From contig LSRY02000004.1 of NCBI GenBank assembly GCA_001643675.2, positions 992,001 through 1,056,000 of the forward strand: DNA of 64,000 nt. Reading direction: 5' to 3'. The position numbers were made by a program, and so were the translations under genes. The notes under the pieces are model-generated. The model saw nothing but the letters and a program-made list of their open reading frames with translations. It made no database searches and had not been told where the DNA came from. Numbering within the stretch: the stretch's first letter is position 1; the number at the start of each line of letters is the position of its first letter. Below are positions 1-12,884 of this stretch, one piece after another. The DNA is from Monocercomonoides exilis PA203 (lineage: Eukaryota > Protista > Preaxostyla).

Positions 1-16
1 AAAAAATATAGCACAC

Positions 17-208
17 AAGAGAATCATATATATTTCCTGGAAGTTTCTCTAAGTCAAGAATTTTAACTGCAACCAGAGTATCCAAAGAAAGGCACATGGC
101 CTTGTATACGGTTGCTGAAGCTCCTTTTCCAATCACTTCAATAAGGCTATACCTTTTTGCATTAGCAGGAAATGTTTGCTCGTCTGAATTTTCAATTTTT
201 AAGGTCAT
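17..208 (-). CDS. First exon of a STE20-family Ser/Thr kinase (OSR1/SPAK/Fray-like); gene continues off the left end
   Basis: Manual translation of the minus strand from ATG at 208: MTLKIENSDEQTFPANAKRYSLIEVIGKGASATVYKAMCLSLDTLVAVKILDLEKLPGNIYDSL. This contains the Gly-rich loop and VAVK lysine and is followed by a GT donor at 16. Absent from the ORF track. Confidence 0.85.
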
Positions 209-331
209 TAACAGAAATAAAACCGATTAATAAATGTTTCCATGATCCTTCACCTTAATATATAAAATATTTCCATTTAAGAAAATAATAAAAGGACAGA
301 TAAAAATAAATAATTAATATTTTTTCAGTAA

Positions 332-2958
332 ATGAGCAAAAAATGCAAAAATACAAATACTCTGAATAACTGCGAAGAATATGTTATTCACAAACGATTT
401 TATCTTCCAGAAAAATCAGGTGAATTATTAGAAAGAACTTTTTTTTGCGATTCATGTTCTTCAACATTTACATTTAACATCCCGAATAACTTTAGGTATA
501 ATTCGATTTTAAATGTGAAGTGCTCAAGTTTATTGTAATGCTTTTAGTTTTAATTCTGATCAATGCAAAATTCTATGCTTTTATCATAAGTTCTCAGATA
601 TATTATTTACTCGCAGATTTAGCTGTAATATTTGCTTACCCAATGAAACTGGAAGAAAAGAGTACAAAGCAATCCCTCTTGATTATGCGGATTCTCCTCA
701 TATTCTTGCTAACGAAGATATTGTTCATGTACCGTTTATTTATCTTTTAATGAATCAATCAAACAAAAGTTCTAATCAAGATCATGTGTTAATCGTAGCA
801 AATACTTCTATTCTAGCTAATTTAGCAAAAGAAGCTATTTTAAATGAAATTCCAACAATGATAAGACCTTCTCACTTTTTTGCTGTGAGAGGATTGACAG
901 ATTCAACAAAGGATCGACTAAACGCGTTACAGCTGGATATGTTAGAAAGAGGAGAATCTTTTTTGAAACAAAAAATGAATGAACAAAAAATGCCTGAATC
1001 AGATTCTTCAGAAGATATTGTTTTTGAACATAACGCATCAGAAGTTCGAGCAGAAGAACAAGAAATGACAGAAATCTCAAAGGAAGAAGAAGAAGAAATC
1101 AGAAAATTCATAGATTTTTTGGAACTTTGCAAATATGAAAGCGAATTGTTTCATGTAACATTATGCGTATGCTGCATCTATAATTATAAATGTTTACGGG
1201 ATGCCGCTGCCCTTGCAAATGCTGCAAGGGAAATTCTCGAACTTTGCAGGAATAAGATGGCAGATGAAGCTTGGATAAAAAGATTTTTGAATCAGAGAAA
1301 TAAGGATTTTTATGAAAAGGAAGATGCTTCAATTGCTGAAGAAGAAAAAGGAGAAAAAGGAGAAGATAAGAAAGATTGTATAAATGTCACATTATCCATT
1401 AAAGATCAAAACGAGAATGAGATTGGCAAAACCAAAGTTGAATCACATGAAGAAATGGAAAAGCAAAAAACATGCGCATCTATTGAAGATAATTGCTGCA
1501 ATGTGCTTTCGATGCCACAAGAAGACAAGGCAACTGACGAAAAACTTGATATTTTCAGTGAAGAGAAAGAAAACAATAATCTGATTGTAAAAGCAGAAAG
1601 TGGAAAAATTGATGAGCTCAAAGAAGGAGAAGAAAAAAAGATTGGAACAAGATCACAAGAAGATGTTGAATTAAAAGAAGAAACGCAAAAGAAGGAGAGA
1701 TTTGAGAAACGAAAAGAGAAGAAAGAAGAAAAAAAGAGAAGAAGATATGAGAGATATAATAAAACTCCCAGTCAAAACTCAAATTTTCTGAGAAAAGATG
1801 AGTTGGAATGGATTCAATTTGTTTTAAAAGAAATTGATTGGGAACAGAAAGTTAAAAATGTTGTTATATTGGAGGATCAACAAAGAATGTTTACAAAGGA
1901 GAAGGAGAATGTTAAAAGCGAAAATAATTCCAATGAAAGGACATATAGAGATGGATCAATTATTTCATTTGATGGAGAGGCAGATAAAATTCCAAGTACA
2001 GATTCTTATCTTCAAAATGAGAAAGATCCCACAGTTCAAAACAGCTCATCGAGTCAAACTGATATGGATAATATTTCATCAACTTCTCAAGGTTCAATTC
2101 CAAATGATACTACTTCATTGATATCTTCTATAACACAACAGAATAGTCTTCTTACGAATTCATCTGCTTCTTTTGCAGCTTCTACTTCATTTGATGATCA
2201 AACTGACATTTTGATGCCATCTTCTTCTTCTGTTCCATCCACTTCTACTTTGATTGATATTCCTGTTTCATCAGATACAAAATGCACAACTGATTCAACA
2301 AAAGTTTCTACTCATTCTTTCAACATTCCAATCGTTGGAATTGGATCTTTTGCAGAAAGAGTCATTTTTGCGTTTCCTCTCGTCGACACACTGTTAAATG
2401 TCTTAAGACGAACTTTGGGTTTGCTTCAATTTTTGCATCCCAATTTTCATTTGTCATTCTTATCAAAAATAATAAAATGTTTTATCTTCTTTTCTTTCAT
2501 TTTTTCCCCAAAAATGCATTTATTTGTATTTAGCTCTTCTTTGTGTTCACTTTCACATATTTTGCGAGGGATCGAACAGATTGCGAGCGTGGACTCCTCA
2601 CGTAACACTGTTTAAGAAGCCAAGTCATGGGAAAAGGACTTACAATTCGCTTCCGATGTGGCTGTGGCAGAAAGAAGGAAAAGAACAGAAACACAATCAA
2701 AGCAAAAAATGTGCTCTTCTTGAAGAAGAAGAAGAAGATGATGATGATGAAGCATTTTTAAACAAGAGAAAACGTTGTTATGATGAAGAAGCAGATGACA
2801 AACAGTTCAAAAAAAGAGAAAAGGATGAAAATGATGATGCTGAATACATTGAAAAAGAATACATTGGAGAAATGATTTCAGATAAAATTGAACTGTGCCA
2901 AATGCAAGGAAGACAAAAGGGTGAATTTTATGTTGTAAATGCAAAGGGCAACTTCTAA
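332..2958 (+). CDS. AKAP7/ASCC1-like 2H phosphoesterase with large low-complexity insertions; exons 332-495, 617-2418, 2534-2958
   Basis: GT-AG introns at 496-616 and 2419-2533 join three ORFs in frame. Two HxT motifs (LFHVTLC, WTPHVTLF), plus RPSHFFAV, IVGIGSF and DKIELCQM, match the AKAP7 2H domain in order. N-terminal CxxC...CxxC. Confidence 0.8.
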
Positions 2959-3654
2959 GGATGAAATGAGAAATGAAGATTTGCAATTTAAAAAAAAAAT
3001 ACTTGAGAATAAACTTATTCGTTTCAATGAAGATAGTTGGTGGAAATGTTGTTTCTTGAAGTTTTTATGCAATTCAATTTTACTGAAAAAATTGATGAAC
3101 TGAAATTATTATGAATAATTCATGAATTTCAATTTACACACTTGCGGATTAAAAATGAATATTAATATTTTTTTTTCACATTAAGCTGAAAGAGGCTTCA
3201 AAAATATCAGTTATTTATCCAAAAGATTGTACAATACATATTTTCTTGATTTTCATTTTTTATAAAAAAAACTAGTTTACACATAAAAACGCTGCAATAC
3301 TGAAACAATAAGAAAAAAATAACTTGAAGCATCCAAAGCGTTTTCGATTTTAAACTGATTAAGAAAGGCGGCATTTGCAATGAAGAAAAAATTGTCTGAA
3401 ATTCACAAAAGTTTGAGATAAAATGAATAAGTTGTTTTTGAAATTTTCTACTGAAATACGAACAATGATTTCGACAAAGAAGATAGATAAGTATGTTGTC
3501 AAATGCCAAATAACACAGACGAGAAATAAAATAAGAAAGAATGCCAAATTCTTAATGGAATTTTTTGTTTCAAAGAACAATTCATTTTTCACAAGAAGTT
3601 TTAAAGCAACAACAAAATGATGAAACAAATATTTGACTTATAACTTTGCGAAAA

Positions 3655-6600
3655 TCACCACTTTGAAAAAGATCGAACAGGATTGAAAGATTTTCGTGGA
3701 ATGGTCGGAGAAGCAGGTCGTCTGGAGCGAGAAGACACAGCGGCAGAAGCTTCATCAGAGGAAGAAGGAGGAGTCCGATGCGATTTGAGAAGCTCAGCGG
3801 ACGTTGGAATGGAAGACTGTTTGTGATATGAACTGAATGAAATCTTTTTAGACAAGCGAGTTGAAGAGGCAGAAGAAGAAGAAGGAGATGGTAAAGAAGA
3901 TGAACGAGAGGTGGAAAGAGACCGAAGTGCCAAAGGTGGGACAATAGATCGAGAATTGCGAGATGAGTAATTTGCCTCAGGGGTTGATGTTGGATTCATC
4001 AGAGCAGACTGTGAATGAATTTCAGAAATGAATGATGATTTTTGTGAAGAATGCGTTTGATGTGGAAGTTGAATGGATGTTGCAGAAGAAGAAACAGCGG
4101 ATGAAGTGAAAGATGGCGTTGAAGATGTTTCAGAAGAAATAGGAAATGAAGAAAGTGAATTGACAGAGTTGATAGGAAGCGATGATGTGGGTGTTGCAGT
4201 TGGGGTATTTTGGAAGATAAGATGCAACGATGAAGTGGATGGTGCGGTCAGTTGTGATTGAGAAGGGACAAGTGATGACTGAAAAGTCTGAGAAGTTGCG
4301 TTTGGATAAGGAGAAATTTGGTGTTTGGTAATATTCTCTAATAATAAAGAATTGGATTTTGCAGCTGGTTGAGAGAGAAGTGAATTAAATGAGGATGATG
4401 AAGGAGTGAAAGAAGTAAGTTGAGAATAAGTTGAAGAATTTGAAGGTGACTGAATTGAAGATCGTTTGAATTGAGTTGATGGCGTTTTTAAATCATTTGG
4501 AAGCTTTTGGCTGTCCAATCTCATGGGTTGCCTCCAAACATTATCTGATTTCTGTTCAGAAACGAAATCAAAGATTTTGCTATTGTCTGTTTGATGCAAT
4601 CTTCTTGAAGGCAAAGTCAATAACGATCGATTGTATTCTTGCTCATCTGAATTTTCTATTTCTTCTTTTCTATCAAGCACATCTTCCCTGTATTTCAACA
4701 TCATTTCCCACCCAACATTCACAAAACATGTGGAAATAAGCTTGTTCTCGTGTGCACTCAGCACAATCTCATCTTTGGCTTTTTGAAGAAGGTTATCTCT
4801 TTCATTCAATTTTCTAACTAAATCCTTCATTTCTCTCTCTGCCTCATTTCTTTGGTTTTCTAATTCTTTGATTTTGTCTGTGAGAGTGCTAAGTTGTTCA
4901 ACAAATGCTGCTTCTCTTTCCTTCTGGTAACTTTCTGACTTTTGATTTTCATTTCCTTCGACTTCTTTTCGTCTAAATGATTTATCACTTATTCTTTCTA
5001 ATTCTTCTTCTAATTCTTTTCTTTTCTTTTTTATGATTTCAATTTCTTTGTTTAATTCTTCTTTCTCCTCAATAATTGTTGCTTTTTCTTCTTCTTCTTT
5101 CATTCTCATCATTCGCTCGTTGTCCAATTCTTGTTCAAGCTGCCTCTTTTGGGCAACCATTTCATCAGAGATTTGTTGGACATCTCCTGCTGCCTTCTTT
5201 TCTTGCTCGTTCAACAAATTCTGCAAGTTCTGAATTGTCAGAAGGAGAGTTTCTTTGTGCTTTCTTTTCTGATTCGCTTCTTCACTTTCGTCATCTTCAC
5301 TGCACTCTTCAGAGTTCTTGTTAAAGTCATCTTCTTCCATTTCATTTCCTGAATTTACTGAATTTTTCTTATTTGATTGAGACTTTTCATTTAATTCCTT
5401 CAATTCATCAGCATATTTCTGTCTTTCTGCATCCATTTCTTTTGTTCTTTCTTTTTCTCTTTCTTCAAATTGTTGTGTTTGCTCTTTAAGTTGCCTTATC
5501 TCTTCCTCCATCCTCTGAGCATGCTGCAAATCAGCCTCCCACTCTTTCTCTTTGATTTTCATCTTCTCCTCCACTTCCATCAACATCCTCTGCATTTTCA
5601 TCTTTTCCTCCTCTGAATTCTTCAAATTCCCCGAAGCAACGGTGAGCCTACTGTTGAGAATCTCCATGTTCATTCTGAGTGCTTCGTTGGCTTCCACTTC
5701 ACGTTCAAGCGAAGCTTCTTTGTCTGCCAATTTCTCTCTCAGCGCTTTCACTTGCTGCGCAGCATGCAACGCTGCTTCAAGAGCAGTGCGCGACTCGTCT
5801 GCTCTTTTGTCTTTGCTTCCATTTGATTTCAAAGAACACAAATCATTTGAAGCGTCGTCAATATCAAAACTGTCATCGGTTTCCGTTTTGTCATTTATCC
5901 TACTGTTTTCTTTTTTTGTTTCGAGTTTCTTTTTCGCTTTCTGCAATTCTTCTTCCAAATGCTTCGTCTCTTCGCTTTTTCTAGCCAAATTCTTTTCCAA
6001 TCTTTCATTTTCTCTTTTCAGCACCCCAAATTCCTCTTCCATCGCTGTGTAATTCCTCAATCGCTCACGTATTTCATTAAGTTCTGTTCGACTTGCCGAG
6101 TTCTGAGCTTCAGCTGCAATTGCTTTCTCTTCGGCTTCTGCAAGAAGCTTTGTCAGCGAATCAATCCTCTGCCGGAGTCTTGCAATTTCTTTGTCTTGTT
6201 GCATGTTTTGCGGTATCTGTTCACCGCCAACAGAAATATTTGACTGAAAAGCAGAAGTATCTGATAAGTGGAGATGATCTGTATTATTATGAGTCATTTC
6301 TCCGATTTGCATGGAAGATGCCTCAAGCCCCGCCGAAAAAGAACATTGAGCATTGCTCGAAACATCACTAGGATGCAAATAATCATCTGAAAGGTCTGTT
6401 GGAAGAGGAGGTGTAGGGGTGCAAGAAAGAGAAGGGAGGAAAGAAGAACACGTTTCAGAAGAAGCAATTGCATGATGAGTAAAGTCAGACTCATCTGATT
6501 CAGCAGTTTTTTCATTTTTAGCTGCATCAGATATATTTGAAAGCGATTGAATGTGTTTTCCGTCTTTTGGAATGAAAGAAGCTGCAGCAGTTGAAGTAAA

Positions 6601-8097
6601 CGCATTCTCAGATGGAGACGAAGGAGAAAATAATGAAGATGTTCCAACAGCATCTAGCGGTTCATTGAGGGTGGAACGAGAAGCCAGTAAAGGAGACACT
6701 GGAAGAGGTTCTCCACCACACTGAATCATCGTCAAGTCATAAATCTTCCTCTTCATCTCCTCGGCCTCCTGCTGCAGCTGGGCAACCTGCCTTTGAAGTT
6801 CGTTTCGTTCTTGTCGAACCTGATGCAACCGTTCAACAGCTTCAGTAACGTGCTTACTGGATCTGTATTCTGAGTCGCAGGATTCAGAATGTTCTTGTGC
6901 ACTTTCTTTTTCTGTATTTTGCTTGCCTTTACCAGAGCTTACAAGACCCTCTTCATTATCACGTTTTGCATCATCAGATTTTTTGGGGAACATAAAACCA
7001 CCAGAAGAAGTGATTTTCGGTGATAAGCACTCATCAACAGGTTGAAAGGATGATTTGCCAAGGGATACATCAATTGACTGGTTGAGTGCAGTCACAAATT
7101 GAGAGGCAGAGAGAAGTTGTGAAGATTCATTTTCAAAGTCGGATGATTCTTCATCACATTTATTTTGTTCATACTTTCCGAAATCGCTTTCTGAGTTCTT
7201 TTCATTTTCTTCAATGCAACTGTCGTCCAAATCAAAATCAAAAGATGAACAACGTCTTTTTGGATCAAAAGCTGCTTGCTTATCGCTACAACTGTGAGAC
7301 AACTTTAGTTGCATTATCGAATCGCGAAGAGATTCAACAACATCTGCAACAGGAGATTGATGAACTTTCTGATTATGGATATTTAACTCTTTCTTCGTCG
7401 GTGTGATAGGAGGTGATGTGCTCTTTGGAATTAAATCAACAGAAACCGAATTTTCGTGAGCCTGTTCTTGTTGTGTCGTAAGCATGGGACCAATCTATTT
7501 AAAGTGAAAAATCAAATTACGCACAAATAAACAAATTGTAACAAAATACCTCTTGGAGCATGGTCATTAGAACTGTTTGAGACGCTTCTGAAAGTGATAA
7601 TATATGTGTGACACATTCTTCTTTTAGCAAAGGGTGATAGCACGAAGCAAATAATAGCAGCTGGCAAAATGAATAAACTTGATTTATGTCAAATGGAGGC
7701 TAATTTTAAAATAATAAAATTAAGACAGAATTCTTTCTTTAGAATCAAACCTTTAAGAAAGAGCTTATCGCATGTGCTTCGAAGAAAGTTGTTTGAATTT
7801 GAAAATTAAGCCGAAACTTAAAGAAATCGATTAAAGTTTTAACAAAAGTTTCAGAGGAGCATTTGTCTGTTTTTTTATTTGTAACTTGTTCCGAATCTTC
7901 TGAAGATTGAAGTCTGAATTGAATACAAAAATTTAAACGTTCATTTAAGCAACATGAAGTAAAAGCATTTCAAACAGATAATTCAAAATTTTCGAAAGTG
8001 TTTCTCCATCTTCCAAATTTTTAAGAGAAGTACACAACAGATTAAGCTGAGTAAAGGATTCTACCCATTCGCATAAGCCTTGTTCATTATTTTCCAT
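3655..8097 (-). CDS. Hook-family coiled-coil dynein/kinesin adaptor, multi-exon (large last exon 3655-~7495)
   Basis: Exon 1 from ATG 8097 reads MENNEQGLCEWVESF...LKNLEDGETLSKIL, resembling the Hook N-terminal domain. Long coiled coils follow, then ENKLISTCFVNVG resembling the Hook C-terminal EEKLIxxAWYNxG motif, and a Ser-rich tail. Confidence 0.7.
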
Positions 8098-8293
8098 ACA
8101 AAAAAGCACAATTATGTTTTGAATGGATAATAATAATAATAAAGGTTCATCAAGAAAAAAAACATAATTTATGAATTTTCTATAATAATAATTTATCGTT
8201 CAAAATATTTTTTAACTTCAATTCAACAAAAAAAAAACTGTATGGGATATTGTTATTCAGCAAAAAAATTTCGTTTCTGTTTGAAGGAAGCAT

Positions 8294-9856
8294 ATGTCAG
8301 AAGAACTCGTTAATAGCGAGGATGAAAATGGAATTTGTTTAACGACTGAGATGATAGGGCCTTGTCTTAGTCACCTCCAAGCATCAAGTTTGATATATTT
8401 TGATTATTAAATATTGAATGTCTACTGATTTGATATTGATTCAAAACATTTAAAATATATTATTAAAAAAATTTTTTCGTTATGTAGATGAAGGATTGTC
8501 GCAGGCATACACTCGATTGACAATGGTTGATATGGGAATAGAAAATATTGATATAATCAGTCAATATCGGTTTTTGCGATTTATTAATTTTTCGCATAAC
8601 TGCATTAAAGACGTTACTCCGTTGGGATCTCCTCTTTTGCGTAATATTGTTGCTTTGGATCTTTCTCGAAATAAAATTCAAAATCCAAAAATTGCCAAAA
8701 AGCCTTCTTTACAGATTTTAGACCTCAGTGAAAATAACATCAGCGAGCTTCAAGTTGATTCGTTTTTACATCCCTTTCTTACGACCCTGAACCTCAATGG
8801 AAATAAGATCTCTCGGCTAGTTGGATTATCTGATCCTTCAATTCCTCTAAGGTTTCTTGAAATAAGGGCAAACATACTAACAAACTGTGATGGACTAAAT
8901 CCAAACATCGAAGAATTGGATATGGTTTGCTTTTTCCTAATGCTTTTTAGACTTTTAAAGCATTTCTGCGTTTCAATTATTATTGCATTTTCTCTTTTAG
9001 TCAGGAAATATGATTACTAACTTGTCAGGAATTATTGGGTGCAGCAAGCTTAAGCGCTTAATTTTAGCACATAATCCTATTAGTGATCTTTCGTCATTGC
9101 CATCTGACGGGCTTCCAATGCTTGAGGAAATTGATTTATCCAGAAATAAGATTCTCGACATGAAGCAACTACCTCTTTTAAAACGAGTAAAAGGGTTAAA
9201 AAATGTTTGGTTGAAGGGGAATCCCTTTGGAATCGGACTGGAAGATGGCTATAGAGTTGAGGTACTGTCATTTATTCCGTGGCTCGAAAAGCTTGATGGG
9301 AAGAGAGTAACGGAAGAGGAGTTGCAGATGGCTGCTGAGCGGAAAGAGCAAAGAGAAGAAGAAGAAAGACAGAAAGAAGAGGAGGAAAGATTAAGAAAAG
9401 AAGAAGAAGAGCGAATTCGTAAAGAGGAAGAAGAAAGGAAAAGAGAAGAGGAAGAGCTGAAGAGGAAGGAAGAAGCTGAACTGGAAGAGCTGAGAAAAAA
9501 AGAGGAAGAAGAAAGAAGGTTGCAAGAAGAAGAGGTTTGTTACGATAAAGGATTTTTTAACAGTTTTGTGGAAACTATTGTTTTTGTATATTGTTTTTTG
9601 TGGTCTTTAAAAATGAATTGAAGTTGTTTATTGAAAGTATTCTCAATTTGATACATTCATTTATTCTTTTTGTTATTTATCTTTTAAATATCAGGAAGAG
9701 AAAGAGAAACAAGAAAGAGAAACAGAAGAAGAAATGCCAAATCAGAATGAAGAAACAGAAAACAGCGAAGAAGAAGAAACAAGAGAAGATGGGGAGGATG
9801 AAGAAGATGAAGAAGAAGAAAACGAATACGAAGACAATGAAGAAGAAGATAGTTGA
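8294..9856 (+). CDS. LRRC23: LRRC23-like leucine-rich-repeat ciliary protein; exons 8294-8387, 8488-8924, 9001-9534, 9695-9856
   Basis: In-frame GT-AG introns. N-terminus LTTEMIGPCLSHL...GLSQAYTRL...QYRFLRFINFSHN matches the LRRC23/LRGUK pattern. SDS22-type LRRs, an LRRcap (GNPF..YRVEVLSFIPWLEKLDG) and an acidic tail. No guanylate kinase domain. Confidence 0.7.
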
Positions 9857-10321
9857 AAAGATTCTTTTAGAGTATCTCACTTCGCTAATTCTCAACCATT
9901 TCATGATTTATTTATCTCTATGGAGCTTTATTTTTGCGTTATTCCACCAATTTTCCTTCTGTTTCATAAATAATTTTAAGTTTATTCAAGTGATGCGAAT
10001 GCGAAAATATTTAACAATTTATTTTTGAAAAAAAAAATACAAGGAATACATTAAAATACTTTTCTATCCAAAGACAGGGACATAAAAGGAAAGTATTATA
10101 ATGAATCAAAAACTTCAGTTTACCATTAGTTGAAATGCTTGAAAATCAAGGAAATAATACCTTGAAACTCCATCCTTCTAGTCGCTCTTTGACCAGAGAA
10201 AAAAAAATGAATAAACGACTTTTAAAAAGTGAAAGTTAACCAATGAGCTGAATAAAAATAAGAAAAGATTAACTTTGCGCTTCTTCTCTTGCACCAAAAT
10301 ACGAAGTGACCATCCTGCAAT

Positions 10322-11155
10322 TTAAACAATACAGCAAACGCCATCACTCAACGACAACTTTCTCTTTTTCGATTTCTTATATCCCAAAACGTAGCTAACT
10401 TGCTTTTTGTTAAGCGCATCTTTCCTATGTTTTCTAACCAAAGCAAGAGCATCTGCAGGGTCCATTCCAAATTCAATCAAAGCACAGCACACAAATTCTG
10501 GAGCACTGTATCAGCAAGTTTTAAGTAGTACGTTGTAAATGTGCAAAAATTGAAAACAGATGCAAATCGGTAATAAATGATTTGTGAAATGTTATTTTCA
10601 CATTTATGTGGAAATAAACAATAGCAGTGTTTTGATAATACAAAAAATTGTAGCAATGTGAATTTCTTATAAAAATCAAAACTTTTTCGTTCAAACCGTT
10701 CAAGACCTGCCGAACAATGAACAGCAATTGTTGGCTTTGAAGCACTGTCTTTCTTTGCTGCAATTGATTCAAGTAACTCAAACCACTATTAAAAAAAGAA
10801 ACAATACAACAAAACGTAAATTGTGATATTACATAAGATTTACTGAAACCTGATTAAGAAACTCTGGAGGAGGAGAATCACCATCAGGAAATGCCCAATC
10901 CTGAAAGAATTGAAAAAAAAATAGTTTTTCAAAGGATTACTCAAATGCACACATGAAACTGAACCCCATCTTTTTCAAGGTTTTCAGTTGGATACATGTC
11001 GTGCGACAATCGAACTACATGCTTTATGCTGTGCTCTGCAAGTTGACGCCCAAAGACATCAAGCAAAGTTGTCTTAGGTGTGCCAGATATGAAAAAATTC
11101 CAATATTTTGTTTCAACAAGAAACGGAGGATGCGAAAACGCTTATGTAATGATCT
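10322..11155 (-). CDS. PRL: PRL/PTP4A-type prenylated protein tyrosine phosphatase, multi-exon (start codon upstream, not resolved)
   Basis: Spliced reading: FFISGTP..HVVRL..DGVQFH / DWAFPDGDSPP / IAVHCSAGLER / APEFVCCALIEFGM..RKDALNKKQ..KKSKKRK..CCIV*. Contains CX5R, a polybasic stretch and a CAAX box. Confidence 0.85.
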
Positions 11156-11389
11156 ATTAAATCAAAAATAACTGTTATAAAAAAAAATACAACGTTAAAA
11201 CGTAAAGCATAAACCTGCATGGCAAAATAACGAGGATAAATTCCAATAAATAAAAAAAATTTAAGATTTAACTCGACTTTTATGATGCAATTGAGATAAA
11301 ACGGTTTTAAGGACTGGAGCATCTTTAAAAAGATTTATTCTGTTTTCTATAATGGTTAAAATAACCCATTAGCACTCATTTTTTCGAAC

Positions 11390-11995
11390 ATGTTTTTTAT
11401 TCTCTTCTCTTTGATTCAAATAACAGATTCTTTTCTTATTCCTGTACAAGAAGGAAAAGAATTTTGCGTTTCAGATGATTATGCAACTGAAACACTTGTT
11501 CAAGTAAAATATAAATTTGAAGTGCACAAAAATGAAACGAATCGTCGTCCTGTGGGTGTTACAGTTTCGGTTGTTGACCCTAACGGAGCTGATATTTTAC
11601 GATCCGAGCAAAAGCCAAGTGGTTTATTTTCATTTACGTCAATGGTTCCGGGGGAACATCAACTTTGCTTAGCAACTAACTCATCATTTTTGTCATCAAA
11701 AAGAACGCTTTATTTATCAATGGAAGTTAAAACAGGCTTCGGAGAATCCATTGCTGATCAAGAAGCTAACGAGGCACCTGAAGTGTTTTTAAAGCGCTTG
11801 GAATCGAAAATGCATATGATTGAAGCTGAGCAAAAATACTATCTTCAACGTCACAATGAATTAATTACAACTGAATCAAATAATGCACTGAGAATAGTTA
11901 TCTTTCATATCATTCAAATTTTAATTGTCATTGGCTTCGGTTATTTGCAACTTCGCTTCTTTATTAAGTTTTTAAAACTAAGGAAAATAATCTGA
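11390..11995 (+). CDS. p24/emp24/gp25L (TMED) cargo receptor
   Basis: Signal peptide, GOLD domain (EGKEFC...FSFTSMVPGEHQLC), coiled coil, TTESNNALRI, C-terminal TM helix and KFLKLRKII tail. Intronless, 201 aa. Confidence 0.9.
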   Translation: MFFILFSLIQITDSFLIPVQEGKEFCVSDDYATETLVQVKYKFEVHKNETNRRPVGVTVSVVDPNGADILRSEQKPSGLFSFTSMVPGEHQLCLATNSSFLSSKRTLYLSMEVKTGFGESIADQEANEAPEVFLKRLESKMHMIEAEQKYYLQRHNELITTESNNALRIVIFHIIQILIVIGFGYLQLRFFIKFLKLRKII

Positions 11996-12884
11996 ACGCG
12001 TGTTAACTCACATCAAAAATTGTCTTTTCTTTCACATCTTTTTGACAAATGTCATTTTTAACAGACATAACTTTTGAAAAATAAAAGTCAAACAAATATC
12101 AGTACATTTTTCAGATTGTTTTACAAAAATCAATAAATAAATCAATTGAAATTGTCAACGAATAAATGAATATTTTTCAATTTTGTATTTTTGTAATTTT
12201 TGTCACTTTGTTAGAGTGGACAAATAATTCAGAATTTTTTGGACAAAATAAAAAAATAAAAAAAATAAAAATAAAAATTAAGCCTTTGCGACAGACTGAC
12301 ATTTTCCAAAATGTTCGACAAGTCGACCGACAATGCAAAAATATTTCTGTAACAATTGAATTTATTTTCATTTTTTTTATTCGTTTTTTCTTTTCATGGT
12401 ATCAAAATTTTTTGATTAATAAATAGAAAAACAAACAAATCAACGATTCTCTTTTTTTTGATGGAAATGACTAATTTTTAACATTTTGCTTATATGAATT
12501 TGATTTTTCATGGTTTCGAAATTGAAAAATTATCATTAGTCCATAAAAAATAACATATTATCCTTTTTAACAAAAGATTTTGTATTTTTCATTTGTTTCA
12601 AAAATTCATTTTTTCGACAATGATCAGTCGGTCGAACAGATCAGTCGGTCGAACGGAAAAATTGATTATTTGATAGATATCATGATACAATTAACAACAT
12701 ATGAGGATTTTTTAAGAAGCTTGCCTTTGGAATTACAAAACAGTGCAAAATCAAAAGAAATCGTTTGAATTTAACATAATTCAAGTTTTGACAGAAACTT
12801 TTTCATTTCTTTTTTTTTCGAAAGAGTGCTGCATTAAGCAAAAAAATAGAAGAGCTGAAAAAATGTGATTGTTCATTTGTTGAG

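Noticed and set aside
4073-7406. Numerous plus-strand ORFs
   Set aside because: Antisense shadows of the Hook-like gene.
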